Of a stretch of 64,000 nucleotides of DNA, positions 1 through 9,108 are shown in pieces. The position numbers and the translations under genes are program-made. The stretch spans positions 32,001 to 96,000 of the forward strand of contig JBOEGF010000006.1 of assembly GCA_050633305.1 (NCBI GenBank), given 5' to 3'. Position 1 is the first letter of the stretch; every line of letters starts with the position of its first letter. The notes beneath the pieces were generated by a model. It worked only from the letters and a program-made list of their open reading frames with translations, was not told the origin of the DNA and did not search any database. This stretch comes from Nannocystales bacterium. Its GTDB lineage: Bacteria; Myxococcota_A; Polyangia; Nannocystales; Nannocystaceae.

Positions 1-423
1 GTTTGCGCCGCGTAGAAGTACGTAGAACACCACCGTGGGGGACCACAACGCGACGTAGAACACGACCACGCCGAGGAATTTCCCAAGCACGACGGTAACC
101 GGACTCAGCGGTGCGGTCAGCAATGCCTCGAGCGTCCCTTGGCGTCGTTCTTCGGCGAGCAGGCGCATCGCCAGTGAAGCGCACAGGAAGATGACCGGCA
201 GCCAGAAGATGAAGAAGCTGCCCCCAAAGTAGAACTGCATGACCGGGCCCGGTGCGGCGAGCGGATCGTTGAGCACCTGGAGAAGCAGCGAGAAGTTCCA
301 CCCCTGAAGCAGCAGGAACAACGAGCCCACCACGTACGCCAGTGGCGTCACGAACAGCGAGAGCAACTCGCGATAGGCGAGCGCCAACGTGCCGCGTACG
401 GCGTGCATGAACTCGAGGGCCAC
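1..423 (-). CDS. ABC-2 type permease (GldF-like), 3' end runs off the window
   Basis: Manual translation (not in the ORF track): (VALEF)MHAVRGTLALAYRELLSLFVTPLAYVV...AMRLLAEERRQGTLEALLTAP...VVLGKF, which carries the EExxxGT motif. It follows the ABC ATPase. Start is GTG 423 or ATG 408. Confidence 0.85.
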   Translation of the reverse strand, partial: MALEFMHAVRGTLALAYRELLSLFVTPLAYVVGSLFLLLQGWNFSLLLQVLNDPLAAPGPVMQFYFGGSFFIFWLPVIFLCASLAMRLLAEERRQGTLEALLTAPLSPVTVVLGKFLGVVVFYVALWSPTVVFYVLLRGAN

Positions 424-446
424 GGGAGGGGGAAGGTAGCGCAACC

Positions 447-1397
447 TCAAGCCCGACGCGCGCCGGTCACCGCCGCAAACCGCTCTTCGAGCCGCGTCCG
501 CCCCATCGACAGCGTCCGCAGCTCCACACCTGCCTGGGCACACGCTCGGCCGACTGCGGCCAACACGGCCTCAGGGTCGTCGTGTGCCGCCAGAGGCAGT
601 CGCGCAGAGCATATGCCTGCGTCTTCGACGACTTCGACCTCGGCCTCCACCGCCTTCGACAGGAGCGCCTGGGTCTGCTCGGTCCCGGCGACCACACGGA
701 CGTGTACATGGCCCGTGGCGAGCGCGTCCTCGAGCGACTCGTCGACGACAACCCTGCCCTCTGAGAGGATCACCACCCGGTCACACAGAGCCTCGACCTC
801 GGCGAGAATGTGGGAGCTGAAGACCAGCGTGTGTGCGCCTCCGAGCTCTCGGAGCATCGCGCGGATCTCGAGGACCTGATTCGGATCGAGACCGACCGTG
901 GGCTCGTCCAACACGATCAGCGCAGGGGCGCCCAGCAGCGCATCAGCGATGCCCACCCGTTGCCGATACCCCCGAGACAGCTGCGAGATCGGCTGCTGAA
1001 GGCGATCGCTGAGCCCGGTCTTGGACGCGACACGCTCAACCTCCGCACGACGCTCCCCTCGGGGTACGCGTTTGATCGAGGCACGAAACGACAGGTGCTC
1101 GTGAACCCGAAGCTCGGGGTACAGCGGCACGTGCTCGGGCATGTAGCCGGCCCGCGTCCGGACCTTCAGCGAGTCGGTCGCCACGTCCAAGCCATCGACG
1201 CGCAGCTGACCACTGCCGGCGAGTGGAAGGTATCCGCACAGCAGCCTCATCAGCGTGCTCTTGCCAGCACCGTTGGGACCCAGCAGACCCAACCGTTGCC
1301 CGGAGTCCACCCCAAACGAGACATCGTTCAGCGCCTGAACGTCGGCACCGGGGTATCGATGCGACAGCCCCCGGACTTCGATGGACGCGGCGGTCAT
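447..1397 (-). CDS. ABC transporter ATP-binding protein (GldA-like)
   Basis: Walker A GPNGAGKS, signature LSRGYRQR, Walker B LIVLDEP, H-loop SSH. Confidence 0.93.
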   Translation of the reverse strand: MTAASIEVRGLSHRYPGADVQALNDVSFGVDSGQRLGLLGPNGAGKSTLMRLLCGYLPLAGSGQLRVDGLDVATDSLKVRTRAGYMPEHVPLYPELRVHEHLSFRASIKRVPRGERRAEVERVASKTGLSDRLQQPISQLSRGYRQRVGIADALLGAPALIVLDEPTVGLDPNQVLEIRAMLRELGGAHTLVFSSHILAEVEALCDRVVILSEGRVVVDESLEDALATGHVHVRVVAGTEQTQALLSKAVEAEVEVVEDAGICSARLPLAAHDDPEAVLAAVGRACAQAGVELRTLSMGRTRLEERFAAVTGARRA

Positions 1398-2482
1398 GGC
1401 TTCGGTGTCTCAGGCTCGGCCGAATCGGACGGAGCCTTGTCGACCGGCTGGTCCACAGCCTTGTCCGTAGGCTTCTTCGCCGCCGCCTCGACCACCTCGG
1501 GCGGCAGCTCCGGCCGCTTGGGGGTCACGGGGTCACGCTCGATCTCCGCGAGTGCCCACACGATGGACTCCTTCACCTCTCCGACGGCGGTCGGGAGCGC
1601 AGCCTCGAGCGCGGGCTTGTAGACGACGTACCGCTGCACGCCCATGACCGACGCCGCGACGGAGCGAACCGAGGGCTCCGGGTCGCTCTTGAATGCGTAC
1701 GTCAGCGCGACCGCCGTTCCTTGGTCCGAGGCGGAGGCCAACGCCTCGGCGCAGCCGATCCGCTCTGCAACATCGACCAGGAAGTCCCCCTCCTTGTTCT
1801 TGAGCGTCAGGCCGTCGATGAGCGCCTTGCGGCGGCGCTCGTAGTCCACATACGCACCCACGGCGCCCTCTTCGTCGCCGGATTTGACCAACAGCTCGCC
1901 CAGCAGCAGCCAGTTCTCGAGGTTGTTCGGGTCGATGGTGGCTGCGGTTTTCTGAGCCTGCGCGGCATCCTTGAACTGCTTGTCCGCCGAAAGGGCGACC
2001 GCCAGCGCCATGTGGGGACCCGCGTCGTCGGGGACGAGTTTTGCGGCAAATTGGTACTGCGCGATCGCTCCTTTGAGGTCAGCTCGCGCCGAATACAGAC
2101 TGCCAAGCACGAGCGACGCGTTCGCACGCAGGTGAATGTCCTTGGCCTCATTGCTCACCCGAGAGAGGTCCGTCTTCGCCCGGAAGAACGCAGCCGTGTT
2201 GGCCAACTTGGGGTCCCGTGCGGACCGCTCTGACCACTGCTCGGTGAGCAGCGCGAATTCGTCGTCCGTCATCGGCTTCGGCGCCTCAAGCTCGGGATCG
2301 GCCTTCGCATCTGCCACTTTGCTCCCGGTCCTCGGCGGTTCCGCAGGCGCAGATTCGCACCCCGAGACCAGCATCGTTGCCGTTAGAAGGGCCGAGAACA
2401 GGGTTCCCGGGGCAAAATGCCGAAGGGGCCGGCAGGGTGTCGTCCGCACCGGCGTGAGGTTGCCACAAGTCGTCTTCATCAT
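1394..2482 (-). CDS. TPR/HEAT-repeat lipoprotein
   Basis: Lipobox-like VSGC, TPR-like helices (AIAQYQFAAKLVPDDAGPHMALA; AATIDPNNLENWLLLG) and HEAT-like DPEPSVRSVAA. Stop overlaps the ATPase start. Start is uncertain (2449-2515). Confidence 0.75.
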   Translation of the reverse strand: MMKTTCGNLTPVRTTPCRPLRHFAPGTLFSALLTATMLVSGCESAPAEPPRTGSKVADAKADPELEAPKPMTDDEFALLTEQWSERSARDPKLANTAAFFRAKTDLSRVSNEAKDIHLRANASLVLGSLYSARADLKGAIAQYQFAAKLVPDDAGPHMALAVALSADKQFKDAAQAQKTAATIDPNNLENWLLLGELLVKSGDEEGAVGAYVDYERRRKALIDGLTLKNKEGDFLVDVAERIGCAEALASASDQGTAVALTYAFKSDPEPSVRSVAASVMGVQRYVVYKPALEAALPTAVGEVKESIVWALAEIERDPVTPKRPELPPEVVEAAAKKPTDKAVDQPVDKAPSDSAEPETPKP

Positions 2483-2496
2483 GATACGATCCAGAT

Positions 2497-4356
2497 GTGG
2501 GTTTTGTGGGTCCATGGCAGCAGGCTTGTTCGAGCACTGCCCTGTGTTTGGGATTGAGCTTGGGGTTGGCCGGTGGCTGCGATGACCTCAGCGATCCCTC
2601 CACGCCCTGCGGCACGCTCGAACTCGGCGACGCCGAGCCGGGGACGATGGTCAGCCGTCGTCACGCCCCGGTCCTGGCGTGGGCCGGCGGCAGCGTCGGA
2701 GCGGGCAGCAACGAGCCCTTCGTCCTGCACTACGAGTGTGCCTCCGACTCCGACTCCGACGCCGACGCCGAGTGCTCGCTGCGGCGCACGTCCCTCGCGG
2801 ATCTGGGCAGCGGCCAGAACGCGGTGTTGGTCACTTCGGCAGGCGAATACGTCCTGTCCACCGACCGGGGCGAACAGCAGCTGCACGTTTTCCACTTCAA
2901 CGCGGACGGGAGCCTGGACGCGGACCAAGACGACCAAGGGCGCGCCATCGGTCAACGCTACCCGTTGGGGGAGGACCTGCCCGTCGAGTTGCTCGCCTCC
3001 CTTCGCAGCAGCAACTGGGTCATCGGGCTGGATGAAGAGCGGCAGCTGAGGCGCTACTGGCCCGGCCACTCCGAAGCCGCTCGCATCGCCCCCGAGCTGC
3101 CAAACCTCACCCTCGCGACCGTGGGCGAGCACAACATGATCGGGCGGGTCCGCCACGGTAGCGGCGACGATTCGCTGTACCTCGTCCCGATCGACGAGGA
3201 GCTCGACAATCACCTGGAGCCCCTCCTGCTGCTCCGGGGCAAGCCGGCAACCCGCATTGTTGTCGGGCCGCGGGATGAGAAGGTCGCGATCACGCTCGGA
3301 CACGGAGACAGCGCGCAGACGCTGGTGTTCCGGATCCCCGACGGGGAACTCGTCGACCGGTTCAACGGCGAGCTCATCAGTGGGCGCGAAGACCTCACCG
3401 AAACCACGGGCCTGCGCGCAGTGTCCCCCGACGGCAGCCACCTTGCGTACAAGACCGCAGCCGGCTCGGTCGCACTGCGCGACATCTCCACCGGCTCGGC
3501 GTGCCTCGTCCGCTCCGCCAAGACCAGCGGCAACACCCGCCTCGCGGGGTTCTCCGCCGAGGGCTTACTTTACTTCGAGTCGGAGCTCGGACCCGGGGAA
3601 ACCTCCATCTCGGTGTGGGACGGCGCGGATCGCTACCTGGCGGTGTTGAGCGAGCCCGAGGTTGGCGCGCGGCTGGCCGCAGTCCCCTCCCGCACGCCCC
3701 AGGATGCCATGCCATGGGCCGTCGGAGTCCGTTCAGGGTCGTACATGGCCCTTGCGGACAGTCAGTCCCCAGCCAACATCGACCTCGATGATGCGGTGTT
3801 CATTCCCCGTGACGACGATGACCTTTGGGTCCTCGGTTCGGACTCGCTCAACGGAGGCGGACGCAAGATCGACGTCCGGCGGTTGACCTCGACCATGACT
3901 CCCGAAGCGGTGCTTCGCTTCGGCGAACTCGAGTCCGCCGAGCACGCGACCGGCCACGACGAGGACGCCACCATGCGCGACACGCTCGGCGTCGTCGTCG
4001 CCGGCCCGCAGACGGCCTGCCTTTCGACCGGCACCCCTGGGACCCGCGCCTACGCGTGCGGATCCGGCAGCGATCAAGATTTCTTCTCGGGTGCAACCTC
4101 TCCCAAAGGCGAAGACCCCGACCGTCCCACGCAAGGCGGGCCAAGCCCCGAGGTCCCGGACCTCGAGAATCCACGATGTGGCCCCGGCGGCTCGCCCTTC
4201 GACCCGAACGACTGCGAGTACAAGGTCGACGACTGCTGCTACGACTTCCAGGCAGGGTGCGAGGAGAAGTGCGGCAACTCAGCGTCGTGTGAGTTCGGGC
4301 GCGACCTGGGTGACCACAAGACGCTCATCTGTGGCTCGGGCTCGGGCTTCCCGTAG
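2497..4356 (+). CDS. Putative lipoprotein, beta-propeller-like (PD40-like SPDG) with C-terminal 8-Cys module
   Basis: Lipobox AGGC, AVSPDGSHLAY motif, acidic beta-rich body and Cys-rich C-terminus. TACGAT lies 6 nt before the GTG. Confidence 0.75.
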   Translation: MGFVGPWQQACSSTALCLGLSLGLAGGCDDLSDPSTPCGTLELGDAEPGTMVSRRHAPVLAWAGGSVGAGSNEPFVLHYECASDSDSDADAECSLRRTSLADLGSGQNAVLVTSAGEYVLSTDRGEQQLHVFHFNADGSLDADQDDQGRAIGQRYPLGEDLPVELLASLRSSNWVIGLDEERQLRRYWPGHSEAARIAPELPNLTLATVGEHNMIGRVRHGSGDDSLYLVPIDEELDNHLEPLLLLRGKPATRIVVGPRDEKVAITLGHGDSAQTLVFRIPDGELVDRFNGELISGREDLTETTGLRAVSPDGSHLAYKTAAGSVALRDISTGSACLVRSAKTSGNTRLAGFSAEGLLYFESELGPGETSISVWDGADRYLAVLSEPEVGARLAAVPSRTPQDAMPWAVGVRSGSYMALADSQSPANIDLDDAVFIPRDDDDLWVLGSDSLNGGGRKIDVRRLTSTMTPEAVLRFGELESAEHATGHDEDATMRDTLGVVVAGPQTACLSTGTPGTRAYACGSGSDQDFFSGATSPKGEDPDRPTQGGPSPEVPDLENPRCGPGGSPFDPNDCEYKVDDCCYDFQAGCEEKCGNSASCEFGRDLGDHKTLICGSGSGFP

Positions 4357-4397
4357 CGCAGGCGACGGCCCCCGCCTCGGCTGCGCCTACGCCCCGC

Positions 4398-4754
4398 CTA
4401 GTCCGGCCGACAAACGATCTGCGCCGGAGCGGACTCCAACACCTGGCAACCGGTCCCCTCGCAGCCCGCTGCGTGGCAGGCCGCTTGGGCGTCGCCGTAA
4501 CAGCAGCCCGCGACCTCATACAGGCACCCTTCGTGTTTGCCATCCCATGGGCTGCCCCCCGCCTTGCACGCCGTCGGCTCTCCGTCAGGCGACTCGTGGG
4601 GTGCTCCGCCCGAGGACGGTGTCGCCCGAGGCGTGGCCCCAGGGTCATCGTCGAACGACGGAGGCTCGGTGGGCGGGGGCACTGAGGCAGGCTTGCTGCG
4701 GCATCCTGGGCTCATCCACAGCACGACCACTGCCATCGCAAGACGCTTCACCAC
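4398..4754 (-). CDS. Small Cys-rich lipoprotein (Pro-rich linker plus 8-Cys module)
   Basis: C-terminal part of ORF 4398..5111: signal VKRLAMAVVVLWMSPGC, then ...CLYEVAGCCY...ACHAAGC...CQVLESAPAQIVC. TACGCT lies 8 nt upstream. Confidence 0.7.
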   Translation of the reverse strand: MVKRLAMAVVVLWMSPGCRSKPASVPPPTEPPSFDDDPGATPRATPSSGGAPHESPDGEPTACKAGGSPWDGKHEGCLYEVAGCCYGDAQAACHAAGCEGTGCQVLESAPAQIVCRPD

Positions 4755-4824
4755 CGCCAGGGAGCGTACCGGGTCGGTCGTAGGCCCGTCGAGCCTCCCT
4801 CCCCGAGCCCGACGGGGACACGGG

Positions 4825-6327
4825 TCACCCACGCACGAAGCGAGGCTCACGGGGGCCGGGCGCACCCGAAGACAATGCCCGGATTGCGTGGGGGATCGAC
4901 TCCGCGATCTCGAGGGCAAGCGGGATTTCGACGCGCCCCGCGGCCAGGTCACCTGCACGCCCGTGCACGCTGACGCCGACGCCCGCGGCATCCCGAAAGG
5001 CCAGCCCCCGGGCCAGCAGACCGGCGATGCAGCCCGCGAGCACGTCGCCCGAACCTGCAGTCGCCAACGCTTCAGAGCCCTCGAGCGCAACCTGGAGCGC
5101 GCCGCCGCCACACATCACCGTGCCCGCCCCCTTGAGCACGGCAACAACGGCGTCGTCGTGCTGCAGTACCCGCACCGCATCCACGCGATTCTCCTGGACC
5201 CGCGCCGACGTCCACGTCTGCCCGGGATTCCACCTGCCCAGCATGCGCGCAGCCTCCTTGGGGTGCGGCGTCAGGACCCGCGGACCCCGGGGCGTCGAGG
5301 TTCCGTCGATCGCCTCGAGCGCGCTGGCATCCCAGACCGCCGGCCGCGGATCTTCGCGATACAGCGCGGCCAGGTCGAGCCCCGGTGGCGTGCTCGTGAG
5401 TCCGGGGCCAACGACGAGGACGCTGGCGCTTGGGACCACAGGCATCTCCGCCTCCGCGCGCATCAGCTCCGGGCGAACGTCGGGCACAGGGCTGCCCACC
5501 AGCGTGCACAATCCGGCCCCTGCCCTCATCGCGGCGACGCCACTGAGCACCGCCGCCCCTGGGGTGCCGGGACCTCCGCCGACCACAGCGACGTGTCCAC
5601 GGTGCCCCTTGTGGGCAGCGTTCTTTGGAAGGGCTTCGAGGGCGCTCGCCACCGTGCCGGCCGTCAGCAGCGCGCCAAGCGACGACCCCGTGGGTCCTGC
5701 CGCAATGCCAATGTCCGCGATGACCACGGACCCCGCGTAGTCTCGGCCCGGGGTGACGTGGAGCCCTGGCTTGCTCCGCACCAGTGTCACGGTCACATCG
5801 GCACGAAACGCCGGCCCCACAACCGCGCCCGAATCGACGTCGACGCCCGTGGGCGTGTCGATCGCGAACGATGGTCCACGCCGAGTGGCAACCCAGATCA
5901 ACGCCTCGGCGAGCGGGCCTCGCGGCGCGCCCCTCGATCCAGTGCCGAGCAGCCCGTCAACCCAAGCGGCCTCGAGCGGCAAGGACTCGGACGACCGATG
6001 CAACTGCACGCCATGCGCCCGTGCCAGCGCGAGCTGAGCTTCGCCGGCCTGGTTTCGGTGGGGCGAGACCAGCCACGCATGGGCTTTGAGCCCCCGCGCC
6101 GCCGCGATTCGAGCCACGGCCAGCGCATCTGCGCCGTTGTTCCCGGGACCCACCAGGCACACCACCGGGCGCCCTGCGCCTTCCTCGGACCGCGAGCAGA
6201 CCTCGGACGCGACGCAAAGGGCGGCCCGTTCCATCAACACCGGCGAGGGCACGCCGAGTGTGTCCATGGTGTACGCATCGGCAGCCGCGGCTTGCTCCGC
6301 TGACCACAGGGACGCAGGGGTGCTCAC
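4825..6327 (-). CDS. nnr: Bifunctional NAD(P)H-hydrate epimerase/dehydratase (YjeF/Nnr)
   Basis: LMERAA, GPGNNGAD, HKGHRG, LTPHPKEAARM and ATAGSGDVLAG motifs. GTG overlaps the acpS stop. Confidence 0.93.
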   Translation of the reverse strand: MSTPASLWSAEQAAAADAYTMDTLGVPSPVLMERAALCVASEVCSRSEEGAGRPVVCLVGPGNNGADALAVARIAAARGLKAHAWLVSPHRNQAGEAQLALARAHGVQLHRSSESLPLEAAWVDGLLGTGSRGAPRGPLAEALIWVATRRGPSFAIDTPTGVDVDSGAVVGPAFRADVTVTLVRSKPGLHVTPGRDYAGSVVIADIGIAAGPTGSSLGALLTAGTVASALEALPKNAAHKGHRGHVAVVGGGPGTPGAAVLSGVAAMRAGAGLCTLVGSPVPDVRPELMRAEAEMPVVPSASVLVVGPGLTSTPPGLDLAALYREDPRPAVWDASALEAIDGTSTPRGPRVLTPHPKEAARMLGRWNPGQTWTSARVQENRVDAVRVLQHDDAVVAVLKGAGTVMCGGGALQVALEGSEALATAGSGDVLAGCIAGLLARGLAFRDAAGVGVSVHGRAGDLAAGRVEIPLALEIAESIPHAIRALSSGAPGPREPRFVRG

Positions 6328-6707
6328 GCGACCGCCACGGCCACTGCCGCCGCCACACCGCCGGCATGGGTGAGGCTGACGAGGATGCTCTTGATGCCTC
6401 GGGCATCCGCGACCTCTTGCGCGCGACCCCGCAGGATCAACCGGGGCCCTTCGATACCGCGACGCGCCGGAACGACCTCGACGTCGTGCCACCCGATTCC
6501 TTTCGGAGCCCCGATCGACTTGCTCGCCGCTTCTTTTGCCGCGAAACGTGCCGCGAGCGACTGGGCCATCCCACCGGATGCGTCGCGCGCGTAGGCCTGC
6601 TCCTGCTCGGTGAAGACCCGCCTGAGGAAACGATCACCGTGACGGTCGACCGCCTGCTTCATCCGGTCGATCGGGCAGAGGTCCAAGCCGATCCCCAGCA
6701 CGCTCAC
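6324..6707 (-). CDS. acpS: Holo-[acyl-carrier-protein] synthase
   Basis: GIGLD, FLRRVFT, AARFAAKEA and VSLTH motifs. Confidence 0.95.
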   Translation of the reverse strand: MSVLGIGLDLCPIDRMKQAVDRHGDRFLRRVFTEQEQAYARDASGGMAQSLAARFAAKEAASKSIGAPKGIGWHDVEVVPARRGIEGPRLILRGRAQEVADARGIKSILVSLTHAGGVAAAVAVAVA

Positions 6708-8077
6708 GCCAACGCTCCAAGCTCGGCCACCGCGGCCTCCTGCAAGCGGGAGACGTAGTCATCGATTCGGACCGCGTCCACGAACTCGACCATGACCCGC
6801 ATTTTCTTTTCGGTCCCCGAGTAGCGCACGAGGACCCGCCCTTCGTCGCCGAGCTCCCGTTCCACCGTTCGGATGGTGCGTTGCAGCTTGGGCAGCCGAT
6901 CGATGGGGACCTTGGTGGGGACCATGAAACTGCTCAGTCGCTGCGGCACCGGACTCATCACCTCGGAGAGCCGAGACAGCGGGCTGCCCGTGCGGCGCAT
7001 GATCGTCAGGACCTGTAGCGCGGCGACCATTCCATCGCCGGTCGTCGCATGGTCCAAGAACACCAGGTGCCCCGACTGCTCGCCCCCCAGGTTGCAACCG
7101 CTTCCGCGCATCGCCTGCACCACATACCGGTCGCCGACCGGCGTCCGAACCAACGAAATCCCGACCTCTGCAAGGCTGCGCTCGAGCCCCAGGTTGGACA
7201 TCACGGTCGCGACGACCGCTCCACCCCGAAGGTCGCCACGCTGATGAAGATCACGAGCACACATCGCCATGATCGAGTCGCCATCGACGATGGCCCCGTT
7301 CTCGTCGGAGAAGATGCTTCGGTCCGCGTCCCCGTCGAGGGCAATGCCGATGTCGGCTCCGGCCTCTTTCACCGCGTCGCACAAGGCTTGCGGGTGGGTG
7401 GCCCCGACACCGTCGTTGATGTTGGTGCCGTTGGGCGACACGCCGCGGGTGAGCACGGTCGCACCGAGTTCTTCGAGCACCGTGGGTGCGATCTTGTAAG
7501 CCGCCCCGTGGCTGCAGTCGATCACGATCTTCAGCCCTGTGAGGTCGTCTCCGGTCGGAAACGCCTGTTTGAGCCGGGTAATGTAGCGGCCCGCGGCGTC
7601 ATCGATGCGAAACGCCCGACCGATGGCCGCCCCCCGAGCGCGATGCTCATCGAGAGCTTCGCCCGCCATGTCGGCCTCGAGCTTCGCCTCCACCTCGTCA
7701 GGTAGCTTGTACCCCTGCGCGCCAAAGATCTTGATGCCGTTGTCCGCGAACTGGTTGTGGCTGGCGGAGATGACCACGCCCGCTTGTGCGCGCATCGAAT
7801 GGGTGAGGTACGCGATTCCCGGCGTGGGCATCGGGCCGACCAACAGCGCCGTCGCGCCCATGGCCGCGAGCCCCGAGGCCAGTGCGCTCTCGATCAGGTA
7901 GCCCGACAGTCGGGTGTCCTTGCCGACCACGACCCGGCCGCCGAGTCCGAAGTGCGCAGCGACGGCCATCCCCGCCCGCATCGCCACCTCGGGCGTCATC
8001 GGGTAGGCGTTCGCCTCCCCCCGAATCCCGTCGGTCCCGAACATTCGCCGGGAGCTCTCTTGGGCCGCCTGCACCAT
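6704..8077 (-). CDS. glmM: Phosphoglucosamine mutase
   Basis: FGTDGIRG, GKDTRLSG, ISASHN, DGDADR, GGEQSGH and RYSGTE motifs. SD AAAGGAG precedes ATG 8077. Confidence 0.96.
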   Translation of the reverse strand: MVQAAQESSRRMFGTDGIRGEANAYPMTPEVAMRAGMAVAAHFGLGGRVVVGKDTRLSGYLIESALASGLAAMGATALLVGPMPTPGIAYLTHSMRAQAGVVISASHNQFADNGIKIFGAQGYKLPDEVEAKLEADMAGEALDEHRARGAAIGRAFRIDDAAGRYITRLKQAFPTGDDLTGLKIVIDCSHGAAYKIAPTVLEELGATVLTRGVSPNGTNINDGVGATHPQALCDAVKEAGADIGIALDGDADRSIFSDENGAIVDGDSIMAMCARDLHQRGDLRGGAVVATVMSNLGLERSLAEVGISLVRTPVGDRYVVQAMRGSGCNLGGEQSGHLVFLDHATTGDGMVAALQVLTIMRRTGSPLSRLSEVMSPVPQRLSSFMVPTKVPIDRLPKLQRTIRTVERELGDEGRVLVRYSGTEKKMRVMVEFVDAVRIDDYVSRLQEAAVAELGALA

Positions 8078-8118
8078 GACTCCTTTGTAACGTCGTCCGC
8101 GCGGTGTCGCCAGGATGT

Positions 8119-9108
8119 TCAAACAGGCGGTTCAGCAGGTGGCGCGGGCGGGGCCGGCAGCACCACGACCTCGACCCCGTGGTCGATCGACAGGGCGTCC
8201 GAGACCTCCGAGGGGACCGTTTCGGCCCACCCAAAGCGCAACTCGACGACGGTCTCGCCCGCGGCGGTCCGGGCCGCCCGAGGCTGAACCGAGGCATCGA
8301 CCGGAAACCGGACCTCGAGCGCATCCAGGGCCCGAAACGAGAGCCGGGGACCCGAGAGTTGCACGGTCACCGATTCGGGGATCGCTCCCATCGGGTCCAG
8401 CTCGTCGGGCACCGGGATCGGCACCGAAAGCTCACGGTTCTCCATCTGCGCCTCGATCTCGATGCGGACGGTCACCTGAGCAGGTTGCGCCGCCGACCGG
8501 ACCAGCTGTGCGTCTCCGCGGAGCGGCAACACGGCGACCACCTCGGTAAACGACACATCCTGCCCGTCGAGCTCGAGCGCCTCGGTCCCGAGTTGAGCCA
8601 CTTCTTGGACCGCGGACCGCCCACCGTGAACGTCCCACGTCGCCGGGGTGACCGTGACCCGCGTGACCCGATATCCCTCCGCCGGTTCGCCCGCAGTTCT
8701 AGGCTCGACGCGCTTGGGACGGGTGATGACCGGCTCAAACCGGAGATCCACATGCGAGTACTGGACCTCCGCCAACACGACGCCCGGCGGCATCACGATA
8801 CTCGCCTGGTCCACCTGAAGCGGCCCTGGCTCGGCGGTGCGCAGGTCCAGAGCGGCGGTCCCAAGGTCGAAGTCCTGAAGCCGATTGAGCCGCGTCCAGG
8901 GTCCCCGAACTTGTACCGTGATCGTCGGAGGCAGGTCGGTCAACAGAACCCGCTGCGGGTCTGCAACGACACGCAGCGGGACCTCGAAGGTGCGGCTGAC
9001 CTCGTCGCGCGTCAGGACAAACAAGACCGCTGCAAGCCCCACCGCGACGAGCTTCAGACCCCAGTTGCGAAACAGGGTGTCGGACAGCACCTTGGCCAGC
9101 GAGGACAT
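8119..9108 (-). CDS. cdaR: YbbR/CdaR-family diadenylate cyclase regulator
   Basis: N-terminal NWGLKLVAVGLAAVLF TM followed by YbbR-like repeats (ITVQVRGP, GEPAEGY, VTVQLSGP). Lies between cdaA and glmM. Confidence 0.85.
   Translation of the reverse strand: MSSLAKVLSDTLFRNWGLKLVAVGLAAVLFVLTRDEVSRTFEVPLRVVADPQRVLLTDLPPTITVQVRGPWTRLNRLQDFDLGTAALDLRTAEPGPLQVDQASIVMPPGVVLAEVQYSHVDLRFEPVITRPKRVEPRTAGEPAEGYRVTRVTVTPATWDVHGGRSAVQEVAQLGTEALELDGQDVSFTEVVAVLPLRGDAQLVRSAAQPAQVTVRIEIEAQMENRELSVPIPVPDELDPMGAIPESVTVQLSGPRLSFRALDALEVRFPVDASVQPRAARTAAGETVVELRFGWAETVPSEVSDALSIDHGVEVVVLPAPPAPPAEPPV

Noticed and set aside
4537..6303. Long antisense ORFs (e.g. 4537..6303+, 28767..30551+, 36520..38142+, 44014..46164+, 46846..48420+)
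   Set aside because: These are shadow frames opposite well-recognised genes, expected in high-GC DNA, and have no recognisable motifs.
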